Shown one piece after another: positions 51,648-64,000 of a stretch of 64,000 nt of DNA (within the stretch, counting starts at the first letter, position 1; every line of letters starts with the position of its first letter). The notes beneath the pieces are model-generated. The model searched no databases. It saw only the letters and a program-made list of their open reading frames with translations, and had not been told where the DNA came from. The translations under genes and the position numbers were made by a program. Source of the DNA: Blasia pusilla (Eukaryota). The stretch is taken from contig CM114271.1 of NCBI GenBank assembly GCA_050084515.1, positions 13,268,001-13,332,000 of the forward strand. Reading direction: 5' to 3'.

Positions 51648-53322
51648 GGATGCTACAAACCTGCATGTCTATCTATCTGCTCCCATAGCTGGATGGTCAG
51701 AATCTCGTGCATCTGGAAGGTTGGAGGTCATCGTGCACACTGTGAAATTTTGACGAATTACTGCAGTGCCATTTTAGTTCGTAGACATCATAAACTGATG
51801 GAAGATGAAAAATACTCTGATGATCGATTCTTCCATATAGGCCCTGATTCGAAAACAATCAGTTTCAACCCAGATCTCTGCTCAGGCCTGAACTGGAAAC
51901 CTCCATATGCATCAGTTCGAATCGCAAAGATGGAATACTTCCCGGACCCGTGTTAATGACGAGCTATCCAGTTCTCCATATCCACCACCACAGGAGCTCA
52001 AAGTAGATCCCTCTGGATCTAAGTACAGGAGCTACAAGATAAGGATTACTTTCTAGAACTGGACATATTGGTGAAACTTGAAGTTGGAGTTTTTTTCCTT
52101 GCCCAAATGAAGAATGTTCAATACATATAACCCCAACCTTGGTGAAAATTGCTTCAGTTCATTCCAAATAAACGGCCGAAGCAAAAGGTGACAAGCAGCT
52201 TGGAGTTTGAAAAGATCTGAAAGCGATAAACCCACATGCGCGCCTTCTAAGTTCACCTCCTCTCGTTCTGGAACCAATCCCAGGAGCTCTTGACTGGTAT
52301 GGATCGATTCGGATCGCGATGCTGCCAATGTAAGCTAGCCATATCTCAAACCAGATCAATCGTCAAGAATAATGGAGAACGAATTCAAACAGCGATCGAG
52401 AATGAATGAATGAGCTCACGTGCACCGCACCGCCTGAGGCAATTCTGAATATGCGTTCGAGTGAGTTCTAGCGACCTCCAACAACGCCTTGGAGTTGACA
52501 TATCTCCCCCCACTACTACCTCCAGGCACAATTTCTCAGGTGAAAACTAGTACCTACCTCCCTCGACCTGTGGGGCCATGGTCAATCCCTCCGACTCCAA
52601 TGAGAAACGGAAAGCTCTGCTCACCTCTAGCGAAAGACAGAGCATGCCAACCTAGCTTCTGCGTCATTAGCTCTCTGCGGAAGGACCGGGCCCATGTGGA
52701 TCTGCACGAATTTGAAAACTTTGTCGCATCTTGGCTTTCTGTTGAACGCTTCCCCAGGCGCCCGGAGGATCGTCCCGAGCATCACCAGTGCGAGGCTGCG
52801 AGCCTGTCTAGGTGGGGAGTCACTCGGGCGTTGCAATTCTTACCATGGACTTCCGGCATTCGAACGCCGCTCCTGCAGATCGAAAGCAAGCAGACGAATT
52901 TGCTTCTACAGCGGTTGGAATTCATCGGAATCTCCAGGCCTTAAAGGAGAGAATTCTCTTCGTACTAAATTAACGTAAGAGTACCCAAACCATGCGAATT
53001 AACTCTTACTAACTTTGAACCTATTCCCAACAATCACGCGCCGAGTTGGATTTTGCATCTGCATGCCTGACACGTGTCTCGTGGGGATGTGTTGAGAAAT
53101 CGAGATGTGTCCTTGAGGATTAACTTTCTTTTTTTAAAGTGTAAGAGGTTTTATAAGAGAAATCCTTTGGTTATAATCTTGCAAAATTTATTAGTTTGAT
53201 TATATTTTACTATGCAGAAGCATCTCATTGATGCATGATGAAACGATTCAAATGCGAGTGCTATAATTAGTAGCTCAAAATGAATAAGCGTGAATAAAGT
53301 TCAATCCTAGATTCAATATTTA

Positions 53323-54543
53323 CTAGTAAGGTGATCGTTACGGGACACGGGAAATAAAAAAGTGTTTGAAGAGTTTTAATTACTATATAGCATGTGAAGG
53401 GAAGGGATTAATGATGTTGCACACAAATTCAAATTTTTTTCTTGCTGCCCATATAAGGAGAAACATTTTCTTGCTACCTAGTTGCCACGTGTCGAACAGA
53501 GAGATGTTTGCAAATCAAGAAGGCACTCTCCCATAGTAATACAGATGTTGCCCGTGCCATGCACATTTAACATATTTTCCTCAATAGAAGGGCTTAAAAA
53601 ATGTGTCCATCTTTTTTTTAATTACACTTAAAATTTTAGAATATTTTTTATTTCAAAATTTAAGTATAATTTCCACTTTTATAAATCTTAAAGGAATAAG
53701 AAAATCACCTTTAGATAATATCCATCTCCCTTAAATAATAAAATTCCTCTCTAAAAGTTCCAACAATAATTATTCTTCCCCTTCTACTCTTCCCATCAAA
53801 ATCACATTCACTTAAAAATTCTTAATTAACTTTAATTAACAAAATCATTTTCCTTTTCCATTCAAATTTATTTTCCCTTCCCAAAATATCACATGTAAAT
53901 TAATACGATTAATTTTTAAAATAATCACATCATTCATTTCAAAATTTAAATATAATTCTTATTTTCTAAAATCTTAGAAGAGTATTAACATTTCACTCTT
54001 CTAAGTAATTAGAGTATTCCATTCAAATTTAAATGATATCCCAATCCCCTAAATAATCTTACCCTTCCATAAAATTTAATCTACCCCTTCTACATTAAAA
54101 TTTATTTTCCCTTTCCATCATATGTGAATTAAGATACAAATTCTTTAAAAAAAATTAATCAAAATTATTTCATTTTATTAATACTTATATACACCCATTA
54201 TAATAATAAATAAATAATTTAATTACTTAATAAAATAATTTTCTATTCCATTCAAATCCCTATGGCTTTTCTCCACCTGATTTTTTCAACCTATCTAATG
54301 TGGTTCTAGTAGTAAAATTCAAACATGTTGCTTATTGATTGAATGCCCCTCCTCCTACCCTCCCCTCCCCTCCCCCTATAGATCCGTTACTTGAATGCCC
54401 CCCTAGCCCTCCCCTACCCCTAAAGCCTCTTTATTTGAATGCCTCCCTCCCCCTCTGGTACTCCTCCCCTATCAATGTATCATGCCACGTGTTGCATTCT
54501 CCGGTGTCGCCACTAAAAAACGCTCCTCTGTCAATAGTATAGA
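53323..54543 (-). mobile_element. Helitron-like non-autonomous composite repeat, copy 2
   Basis: The minus strand begins A|TCTATACTATTG (54543) and ends CTAG|T (53323), with a degenerate CCCGTG/CACGGG hairpin near the end. Related 5'-end motifs at ~12000-12024 and ~57132-57160. Confidence 0.65.
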
Positions 54544-57500
54544 TGTAGAATTAAGGGAATAAGATTAAAAAAAATTTAATGGAATTCTGAAAGAATGTGT
54601 TTGCCTATGATAGTAGGCGTGGAGTTTTTTTATTATTTACTCTAAGTCATAAAATATTTTGAAAGAAAGTTCAGAAAAGAGGAAGAAAAAATTTATGGAT
54701 TGGTTGAAGAGGGGAAATAAAGATACATGCAGATTTTAAAAGTACAATCCAAAAATAACTAAAAAATCAAAAATTATTATACATTGAAAACAATTGATGG
54801 GGGTACGGGATGAGGGGAGACTTTTAAAAGAAGATAATTCACACATAGGAAAACATATAGAAAACCAACTCAAGAATACTTGAACCACCTGATCTAAGGA
54901 TGCATTCCCATTTAAAATGAGGTGTTATATTTTATGAATTAGTTTACTAATATATATTATGTATATAGTTGATACTAGAATGATTTAAATGAGCAATACT
55001 TTAAAAGAATAAGCGATCGAAAGGGAGTTGCACCTTGCTTTAAGTTGCTTAGCCACATAGTAATGTCACTAATATAGAAGTTCAATATGTTTCCATTTGC
55101 CGGGGTATAGATTTCTGAAAACTCTCAAGTTACACGGTAAATATGAGTGCTTTGGACCCACAATCTCATATGGCACTACGTAATTTATAACATAATATGT
55201 GGACCTAAGAAGATTGATTGGGATAGGAGTGTGTGTAAGGTGCTTCAAAGAGTTGGGCATATTTTACATATGCATCTCTCTAGGTGAAATTAGTGTTGAA
55301 AATATACAATAATTTCTCTATGTCATCAATCTCAATCCCCTTTGTATTTGAGACTTCATTAAATGTAATCTTAGAGTTAAGAAGAATCGAGATATGCCTC
55401 ATTTATGAACTCTTGCTTTTAGATCTTTTAGATGACATCTATGCCATATAGGGCCACAAGGTATTGGAGGAATTAGTGAATTTTTTGACATGTGGTAGTG
55501 TAAGCCATCTTTGACTAGTTTTGGTTTTTCTTTCCTCAAATTGTCAATGTCTATATTCAAGATAAGTCTTTGTGAACTTGAGCAAAGAGAGATAGATTGG
55601 CACAACTATCTGTATGGCATGCGAATATGGATTATATAAGGAGAACTTGGAGAAGGGGTTAAACAACTACCTTGATCCATCCCTCTCTTTATATAAGCCT
55701 TAAATACATGAGCCTTTAGTTGATCTTAAGATCTACCCTAGTTTATATACTAGCCTTTATATGAACCTAAGAAGAAACTACTCCACAAAGGTAAGGGAAA
55801 AGGAAAGAAAAATTTCATGTGTTTATAGTTAAGCATTTGTCTAAAAATTACCTGCACAATTTATGAGAAAAATTTCTCTACCATTATCTTTAAATTGGAT
55901 AGAAAAATTTTTATTGTAAAGAATGTCAACAAAATTTCTTTTATGTGTAAAAAACACATATGCAATATCTTGACATATATTTACATTTTCTAATAAGGAT
56001 AATAGTTTATACTATGAGTAATATGACATTTGTCTTGAGATGATCTTAGTATTCTTTGAAATGCAATGCTAGGCAAGACAACAAGGCCAACAAAAAATTT
56101 AGATAATTCATGGAGGGATTTGAATTGTAATCTTTGTACAACTCAAAAATACTAAAATTCACAAACATTACTTGTGTAATGCTTTCAAGAATGTAGTGAA
56201 AGAAGTTTGAATACTCACATTCTATGATCTTCCTTCCAACTGAAGGAGAATCTATCAAGGAGGTTGCATGAAAAAATCCCTCACAAAACCGACGGAATTT
56301 TCTTTCATTTGTATTCTTGTCTGCTAGTCAATTTAGAAAGTAGTCATAGGTGAAGCAAATTGGTACTATCTAGTATACCTCTAATGTAATTTGGCACCAT
56401 GTATGAATTTAATCTAGAATGTGACGTTGTGGTACTGCATAGATCACAAATATATAACTCACCAGGACTTGTTATAATGAGGGTTATAGGAAGTCCATTA
56501 CATAATGCATATGATGGATACTTTGTAGAAGAGATTGTCCATATTTAAGCAAAGGGATTGGAATAAAGACTATTACCATAGTCACTAAAACTTTGCATCT
56601 AGCTTTTGAAATTATGACATAGATGCTCCCATTCCAAGAATAATTTTCAAATAATGGGCTAGTGATAGCTTACATGACTACAAGATAATTCTTGGTTTGT
56701 AGATTCCCTATTGTGGGATTTTTCCTTGATGAGCTCTAATGAGTATAATTGAATGTCAAAACAATATGTTTGTTAGAGGCCAGGTATAAATGTTTGTACA
56801 ATTACAATAGGATACTTATAGTATTTATGGTGACATTATAAGAACCATAGTCCACGTGTTACATAGAGGCATGACAATAGGTAGGTACTACCAAGGCTTA
56901 TTTTTGGTGTATTCTCTTTGCAAGATGAAGTCTCAACTCTTGTGAATACTTCAAGGGTCCAACTTATGTAGAAAAAGGCTTTAGTAAGTTGATATACTAG
57001 CTTAGCAAAATTGAAGTGCTATACTAAAGGCATTTGGACATGCTAAAGGAAGACTATCATATAAAGATCAGTATTTTAAATGGATGAAAAATAAGTTTCC
57101 AAGAAAAACATATTATGTATAAAGATTACTAATCTATAATATTATTGGAGAGTGCCTCTTTATTTTGCAACCTCCTCTCCTATTGACTCTTGACACTTTT
57201 AGACAATAGGATCTCTCACCTTCTAAGCCAATAAGATCATTCAAAATTAATTTTGAATGGAACTTAAGAATTAATTATGGAAGGTTATTTAAACCAGTGA
57301 ATTGCATGGGCTTACACTAGTGTGCGAAAAAAGGGCTTTATGAAGCAATATTTTTTAATGTTTTCACTTCCCTTAGAGGATGAGATAAATCTAGGATAAT
57401 TGAAACAATGTGAAAAATCCAAAAATTGTCTACAATACCTACCCATGAGATTGAGAAGTTTTAATTAATAGATAAATAGTCAGATTTTTGGGATGTATAT

Positions 57501-57589
57501 AGATGGATTGTTCTTGTTAAGATAAAAGCCAAAAATGATATCATCCTAGCGAGCTAGACGGTTTCGATGGGAGGGGCAACATGTGTTGC

Positions 57590-58738
57590 CAGTTTGGGAG
57601 GATGGTAGAGTACGTTTAGTGCCTCATCCTTCATAGAGAGCACGTTTGGTGCGTCATGCCCACAAGGAGTTGGGTCATTTTGGAGTGAAGCGGACGTACA
57701 ACTTGCTCCAGATACAATATTGGTGGCGAGGCATGTAGACTGACATTCAACAGTTTGTTGCCACGTGCATGGTGTGTAATCGGGTCTGGGCATCGTTCAA
57801 TACTCCAACTCCATAGTTGCATCCACTTCCAATCATCGGTTTAGGTTAAAGATTGAGTTTGGATTTTGCAAGTGCTTTACCTTTAACAAAGCGCCATAGT
57901 CGTTATGTGTCGGTGATGGTCAAACACTTCTCAAAGTGGATAGAGTTGGTTGGATTGCATGACAAAGCTAGTGGTGAGTCATTACGGTGCACCAATTGAG
58001 ATGTTGACAAACCAGGGTACAGAGTTTTGTAGGGAGTTTCAAGCCTTGTGTGATCAGGCGCTGATCGAGCATCGTACCACTTCGCGAGATCATCCTGAGG
58101 CGGATGGACTAGCGGAGAGGGTTGTGCAGACGGTGAAGAGAGGATTGCGTGAGTATGGCTTGCAGAGAGGTCATCTAAGAGATTGGGACCTCCAGTTGCC
58201 GTGGTTGGCGATGGGATACAGATTCAGCAGGCATGCATCCTTAACGCCTTTCTCACCGTATTTATTGCTTTATGGCCTAGAGCCACATTTACCTACAGCC
58301 ATTTGTCAAGATATTGGTGAGGTGTTGAACCTTGATGACCCTAATGTATGGATGCGAGCATGTTCTCAGAGAGCTGATTTTTTGGAGAGTGATGCCCATG
58401 GCATTTGAGAACTTGGCGATTGCGCAACATCGGGATATGTTAAGGTATGAGACTATTCGGGAGGAGATTATCGACCAACTATTTGGAGATTTCATCAGGG
58501 AGACTATGTCTACTTGTAGCAGACAATATCCACGACATTGGATGTGACTGCAGGGCGCACTATCTTGAGAGTGCATGAGATTTTGCCATCTTGTGTTCTC
58601 TTATTGGACGGACGCGATGGTATGGTTTGGAAGGACCATGTGCGTTACAATGCGTCATGTTATCTTCCTAACCTTGACGGTATAGTTGATCCAATCTTAG
58701 CAGTAGTTCTTACAGGCTTGCGATTTATGTTGTGTGGT
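57590..58738 (+). mobile_element. Integrase fragment of the DNMT-Gypsy family (copy E), cut inside the PHD finger
   Basis: Colinear with C ~31990-33183 (LTNQGTEF, DGLAERVVQTVKRGL). Stops at ...LRFMLCG where copy D begins. Confidence 0.9.
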
Positions 58739-61700
58739 TGTCGTGCGAATCCACATCGTCATACAACATACATCGCTGACATACCATACGCACATACATA
58801 CATAACATAGACGAGAGTATCCACAAACGCAAGTGTACCACAACTCGCCCCCCTAACTGGCGGTTAGGTCCCTCTAACTCCCAGGTAGCCCTATACATCT
58901 ACTACATGCTATACACCTTCTTGGGTGCCCGAATCAGAAGGCCGGGTGCTAGGTTGCCCCATCGTTAGTCGCACATGTGTAATCTATATCATGCAAAGAT
59001 CAAGTCATCTACCTCTCCTAAGTACATCGAGGACAAACCTACCTTCCAGTAGGAACAACATCCAAATGTGGAGTCAAACACATCATGTGCCAACCCCTAG
59101 AACACCGATCACACACCAACATACGGGCGTGCGTTGCCAGAGACCCACACAACATGCACCTCAAGCTAGCACGTATCATGGCTAAGCTTGGGTCAAGATA
59201 CCATCCACATTTGGAAGATGACATGGCGCACAATTACGCACATGGTCCTTCCAAACAACTCCATCACGACCCTCCAACATGAGAACTCCGAAGCTAACAC
59301 CTCACGCGACTTTGGTAAAATAGTGCGGCCTGCCATCACATCCAACGTTGTCGGGCACCTGCTGCAAATAGACATAGTCCCCACATGGAACCTACGAATC
59401 AATGGTCGATAACCTCCACCCGAATGGTTGCATACCGCAACGTATCCCTGTGTTGAGCAATGGCAAGATTCTCAAAGGCTGTTGGCATAACTCTCTGAAA
59501 GAGCTCCGCCCGCTGAGAACACACTCTCATCCACATCTCTCGGGTCATCAAGGTTCACCACCTCACTAGACTCCCGACAAATTTTCTTTGGCAAGTCCGG
59601 ATCTCGCCGATAATGTAAAATAAGGTGAGAAGGAAGCCAAGGATGCTTGGCGATCGAACCTATACCCCATGGCTAACCATGGCAATCGAATATCCGGTCT
59701 CAAGATGCCCCTTCAGAGGCCATACTTACGCAATGCCCTCTTCACCGCCTCGAACCACACGCTCAGCCAAACCATCCGCCTCTGGATGATCTCAAGACGT
59801 GGTCCGATGATCAATCAACGCCTTGTCACACAAGACCAAACTCACTCAAACTCAGACCTGGTCGGTCAAGACTTTAGCGGGTGCACCAAAATGACTAAGC
59901 ACTCTATCCGAAACGCATACGCGTTCCCTCACTTGCCTTGTCCGGTAATGCCACTAACTCAATCCACTTGGAGAAGTGCTCCACCATCACCAACACATAT
60001 CGATGATGTCGTACAGTCAACGGTACCGGTCCCGCAAAGTCCACACTCCAACGGTAACCCAACCCCATAATAGGCAAGGGGTGTAATTGTGGTGTAGGGG
60101 CATTAAATGATGCCCTCACCCGGTCACAAAACCATACAACGTGACACCAACTACTGCACCTGAGTATGCATGCCACGCCACCAATACTGGCCAAGGTGTA
60201 AGCTATACGTACGCTTTACCCCAAAATGTCCCAACTCCTCATGGGCATGTCGCACAATGCGCTCTCTCTGAGTCAAATGTGGCACTTCTCGTACTCTACC
60301 ATCCTCCCATACGCGGAGAATATGTGTTCCCTCCAATCGATACCTCTTAGCACGTTGAAGAACACGGTCTCGCTCCTTGGCACTCACTATGCCTGGCACC
60401 CTACTGGTCCGTAGGAACTCCAATACCAACGCATCATCATGAATATCACGCTGATCCGCACCACCATCTCCAACCTTAGGATCTCAAGGTGGCCATCTAC
60501 CCTCGACTAGAGTAAGATATCATGTGGTCCTCCATACTAGAGTCCACCTAACCAACATAAAAGGCGGATGCATGCCAACCTGGCACCATCTCCTCATCAA
60601 CCTCGCCATGCCATCTAGCCCCAGCTTGTATCCTCTTGGCTAGTACATGGGTTCCTACTCAACCCATCAAGATCAAGGTTGGCAACTCCAGGTCTATGTA
60701 CCACCCGGAAGTCATACTCTGTAAGATAAGAGCCCACCGTGCAAGCTTCCCTGTAAGCTTGTCCGACTCCATCAACCACTTGAGCGGTGGTGATCGGTAA
60801 CAAGGGTAAGCGTGTGCCAAACAAGTAACACCTAAAGTGTGCCACAGACCCACACTATTGCCAAGCACTCTCCCTCATATGAACTATAGCGACTCCATTT
60901 GCATTATTCGAACGACTTGCATAGGCCACCACAAACTCCATGTGCTCATCATCATGTTGTGTCAACACCGCTCCAAGTCCCAACCTACTCCAATCGTGAG
61001 TAATGAAATGGGCGCCCTCGATAGGTCTCCTCAAGATAGGCGCCGCCACCAATGGGCCTTAAGCTCCACACAAAAGCTCTCTCCGATCATCTCCCGAGTG
61101 CCACTCTTGATCTGATTTCAGCAATTGGTTCAAAGGCTTTGCCATAGCACTAAATCCCTTCACATACCTTCGATAGTAGTTCGCCAATCCCATGAATGCT
61201 CGACCTCTACTCACATCTATCGGACGCGGAATAAGTGCAATAGCCTCCACCTTTGCTTGCTGAACTCCCAAACCACCTGGATAGATCACATGACCCAAGT
61301 ACTCAACATCCTCATGGAAGAACTTACACTTTCCTGGATGCAACGAGACCATGAGCTTTCAACCGCTCAAACACCATCTGCAAATGTATCGATGCTCCTC
61401 CACCGTGTTATGAACACCAAGATATCATCAATGTAACACCGAACAAAATCCAACCCCGCTAGGATCCCGTCCATCACTCTTTGAAACTCGGCGGTGCATT
61501 CTTCAACCCAAAGGGTAAGAATTTCCACTAGTACAAACAATCCTTGCCATGAGAGTTGACACCCCAAAATCTTTGTCTTGGCCTTGTCACTCTCCCGAAT
61601 CGGCAATTGATGGTATCTCGCCGAAGATCAAAGTACTGAAAATCTTTGCTTGTCCCACCACATCAAAGATCTCCTCGTAGTGTAGGCATGGCATACCTAT

Positions 61701-64000
61701 CGGCCTTGGTTTGCCGATTGATAGGACGGTAATCTCCACACATCCGCCTATCCGTGTAGTTGCCATGCATATCCTTTTTAGCAGGCATGACAGTGGCTAA
61801 TGCATACTCTCCATGCGACACTCCACTAATCCAGCCTCCAAAAGGTCCAACGCCCTACTCAATCAAGTCCCTCTCCATATCACTATATCGGTAGGGACGA
61901 CGGAAGATTGGCGTATCACTAGCCAAATCAATCCGTATACCGGGTCCAACCAGAGAACCCAACTCCTTCATGCTAAAGGCAAAACAACTCCTATAAGCAC
62001 GTAGTAATTGTGTCAAGCGTCGTTTCTCACCTCCCGTAAGCTTGGGCCCAAGTAATGGCTCCCAAGTCTCCTCCTTGGCACACTAGAGGGAGAGGCGATG
62101 CCATTGGTCACACTCATAACCCCCTCACAAGATGGTACACCCTTAGCTACACCATCATCTCGAGCAAATAACTCCTCCACTAGCATGAGCAACCAACTCC
62201 ACATGCCCACCATTACATCCCATCTACTCCAAGGATGCAAAATACTACTCTCCTCGCTCCCGGCCCGATGCCTCTACCGTCCGGTAGCCATCGAGCTCAT
62301 TACAAGGGTGGAAGACCCACAAACATAGTCCGAAGTCGATTTGCTCGCCATACCAAGACTCAAAATCCAAGTTAAACAATTCAGGTCCATGGCCTGACCC
62401 AACACATGACGTCGTGAAGCCTCGAAATAGAAGCAACCATTTGTCACACCAAAGAGCAAATCCCATCGCACGCATTCTCTCATCAGCGTTAGGCTCCACC
62501 AATGCCGCACATGAGAATCCCATACAAGCCCGGACCACCTTCCTGTAGGCATGTGACGAGGAAAACTCACAAATGTGGGTAGTGCCATCCTAGGTGGCCC
62601 ACACGGTTCACCACCGCCATGGGTGACCGATCAATAACCCTCACCACTTGGGAAAGTTGCCCAAGATTCAAGATACTATCCCTTTGTAAAAGGCGAGGAT
62701 CCCTGCCGACCGCATCATATGCTCGACGAGAACCTCCCTAGGCAATAAGTTTGTCCACCACAAGCGTGGGCGATGTGCACGTGAGCCAACTGGCTGCATC
62801 CAACAACACCGCTGGTCCAATCCAAGAGCGCACCTCATGAACACTCGCCATCATCCGGGTCCGAGTGTCACCAACAATGGAACATTCTCGAATGTAAGCT
62901 AGAGCACGTGCTCGATGAACTGAAGATGTCGTAACACCCGTAACATCTCCCAAAACAATCGAGACCTAGGTCATGTAATCCCTCACCCGACCAAAGACGT
63001 GTATGACACGACATGGCCATCCAGCAATCACCAAATCCACAGGACCAATTCTCTCAAGGTCCTGCGCCCAACAATGCAATGTGTGATGGTAAAGCACGCT
63101 GGTACCCACGAATAGCGATGGCGGAAACAACTCGGGATATCTCCGCATCAATCGACCAATATGTCGGGATGAGACTCTCTCGGGCCGTCTCATCTCGCTC
63201 CTCATACACGATATCTCCAAGACAGAATACCTGCAACACTGCTGACCAAACCAAGTGCTAATCCCACCAAAGAGATCTAACACACAAATGCCCTCCCCGG
63301 ATCTTTGCCATACAATGGGTGTAGTATCCAAAGGGGATAACCTAAGCGGGCGAGGAAGTAGGAGTCCGCCGTGGGGCCTCCTCTTCCTTGTGAGGTATAA
63401 CGACCTCACACCAAGCCTCTGCACTAGGCAATCGGCCTCTGCCGTAGTGCACCGCCTGAACTCCAAAGTGGCACATCCAACGATGAGGATGCCTTTGCTG
63501 CAAAAATAGGGACCTCCTCTTCCTCCTCATGCGCAGGAGAATCCATAGAAACATTACCCTCCAAAAGTCTCTGGCCAAGTGACTACTCCACTAAAACCGA
63601 CCCACAGATGCTAACACTTTGTTGGGAAGACCCTCCTAGTCAAGCCCGAGAAATAAATCTCACAGAACTTGGCTCATACGTCCATCCCGGATCGCCAACC
63701 TGGTCTATAAGACGCTGTCTCGACCCAGTAATCCATCTGAAAACCCATCGGGTACAATCATCGCTCCTCCAACTAGTACATCATACGACTCGGTGATGTG
63801 ACTACCATGCAGAATACTCCCAACCGGGAGCTATCGGTCGCATGATCTGGTCTCAACTGTCAGAAAACTTCTCCCGTGTCATGAATTGAGACCTATCATT
63901 TGCTCCTCCAAGTGATGTTTGAATCTGGAATGGGCAAGGCTCAAGCTCGACCTCCGAATACCCAAACCAATACATGCCGCCTTTCCCAACATCAAAGGTG
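58739..64000 (-). mobile_element. Divergent DNMT-Gypsy copy D (protease C-half, DNMT, RT, RNase H, integrase, PHD; runs off the window end)
   Basis: CPFQIQTSLGGA near 63910; DNMT motifs; YIDD at ~61425-61436; integrase WSVDFAGP; PHD at ~59020-59158; PPT-like AGGGGGGC at ~58847-58855; ends CGCACGACA at 58739. Confidence 0.92.
62360..63300 (-). pseudogene. C5 cytosine DNA methyltransferase domain (DNMT3-like) in copy D
   Basis: GICVLDLFGGIST, VDLVIAGWPC, ENV (~62885), EPNADERMRAMGF, RRHVLGQAMDLNCLTWIL; many 1-bp frameshifts. Confidence 0.88.

Noticed and set aside
55000-57100. Possible decayed DNA-transposon transposase (hAT or CACTA-like)
   Set aside because: Only a vague resemblance, many stops, and no catalytic motif or TIR pair found.

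Overview
Eukaryotic, plant-like DNA (spliceosomal introns, Ty3/Gypsy, Helitron-like and CACTA-like repeats). A non-seed plant such as a bryophyte is my guess, not something the sequence proves. The window is dominated by degenerate copies of one Ty3/Gypsy retrotransposon family: A 4829-11426 (-), B ~16040-20040 (+), C 24378-34173 (+), F ~42800-43860 (-), E ~57590-58738 (+) and D 58739->64000 (-). Its polyprotein reads Gag (two Zn knuckles) - aspartic protease - C5 cytosine DNA methyltransferase (DNMT3-like, motifs I, IV, VI, VIII, IX, X) - RT - RNase H - DDE integrase - PHD finger. The family does not show ordinary identical LTRs. Copy C has an A...B-A-B split-direct-repeat layout with TGTCRYG...CACGACA ends, and copy D ends after B alone. 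The window also holds a second, unrelated Gypsy pol fragment fused to copy A, Helitron-like and CACTA-like non-autonomous repeats, several fold-back palindromes and tandem repeats. A host-gene island (~37.8-52 kb) contains two tandem 4-exon helical-bundle modules and an intronless RNI-like LRR gene. All TE copies contain stops or frameshifts. Boundaries marked ~ are approximate.
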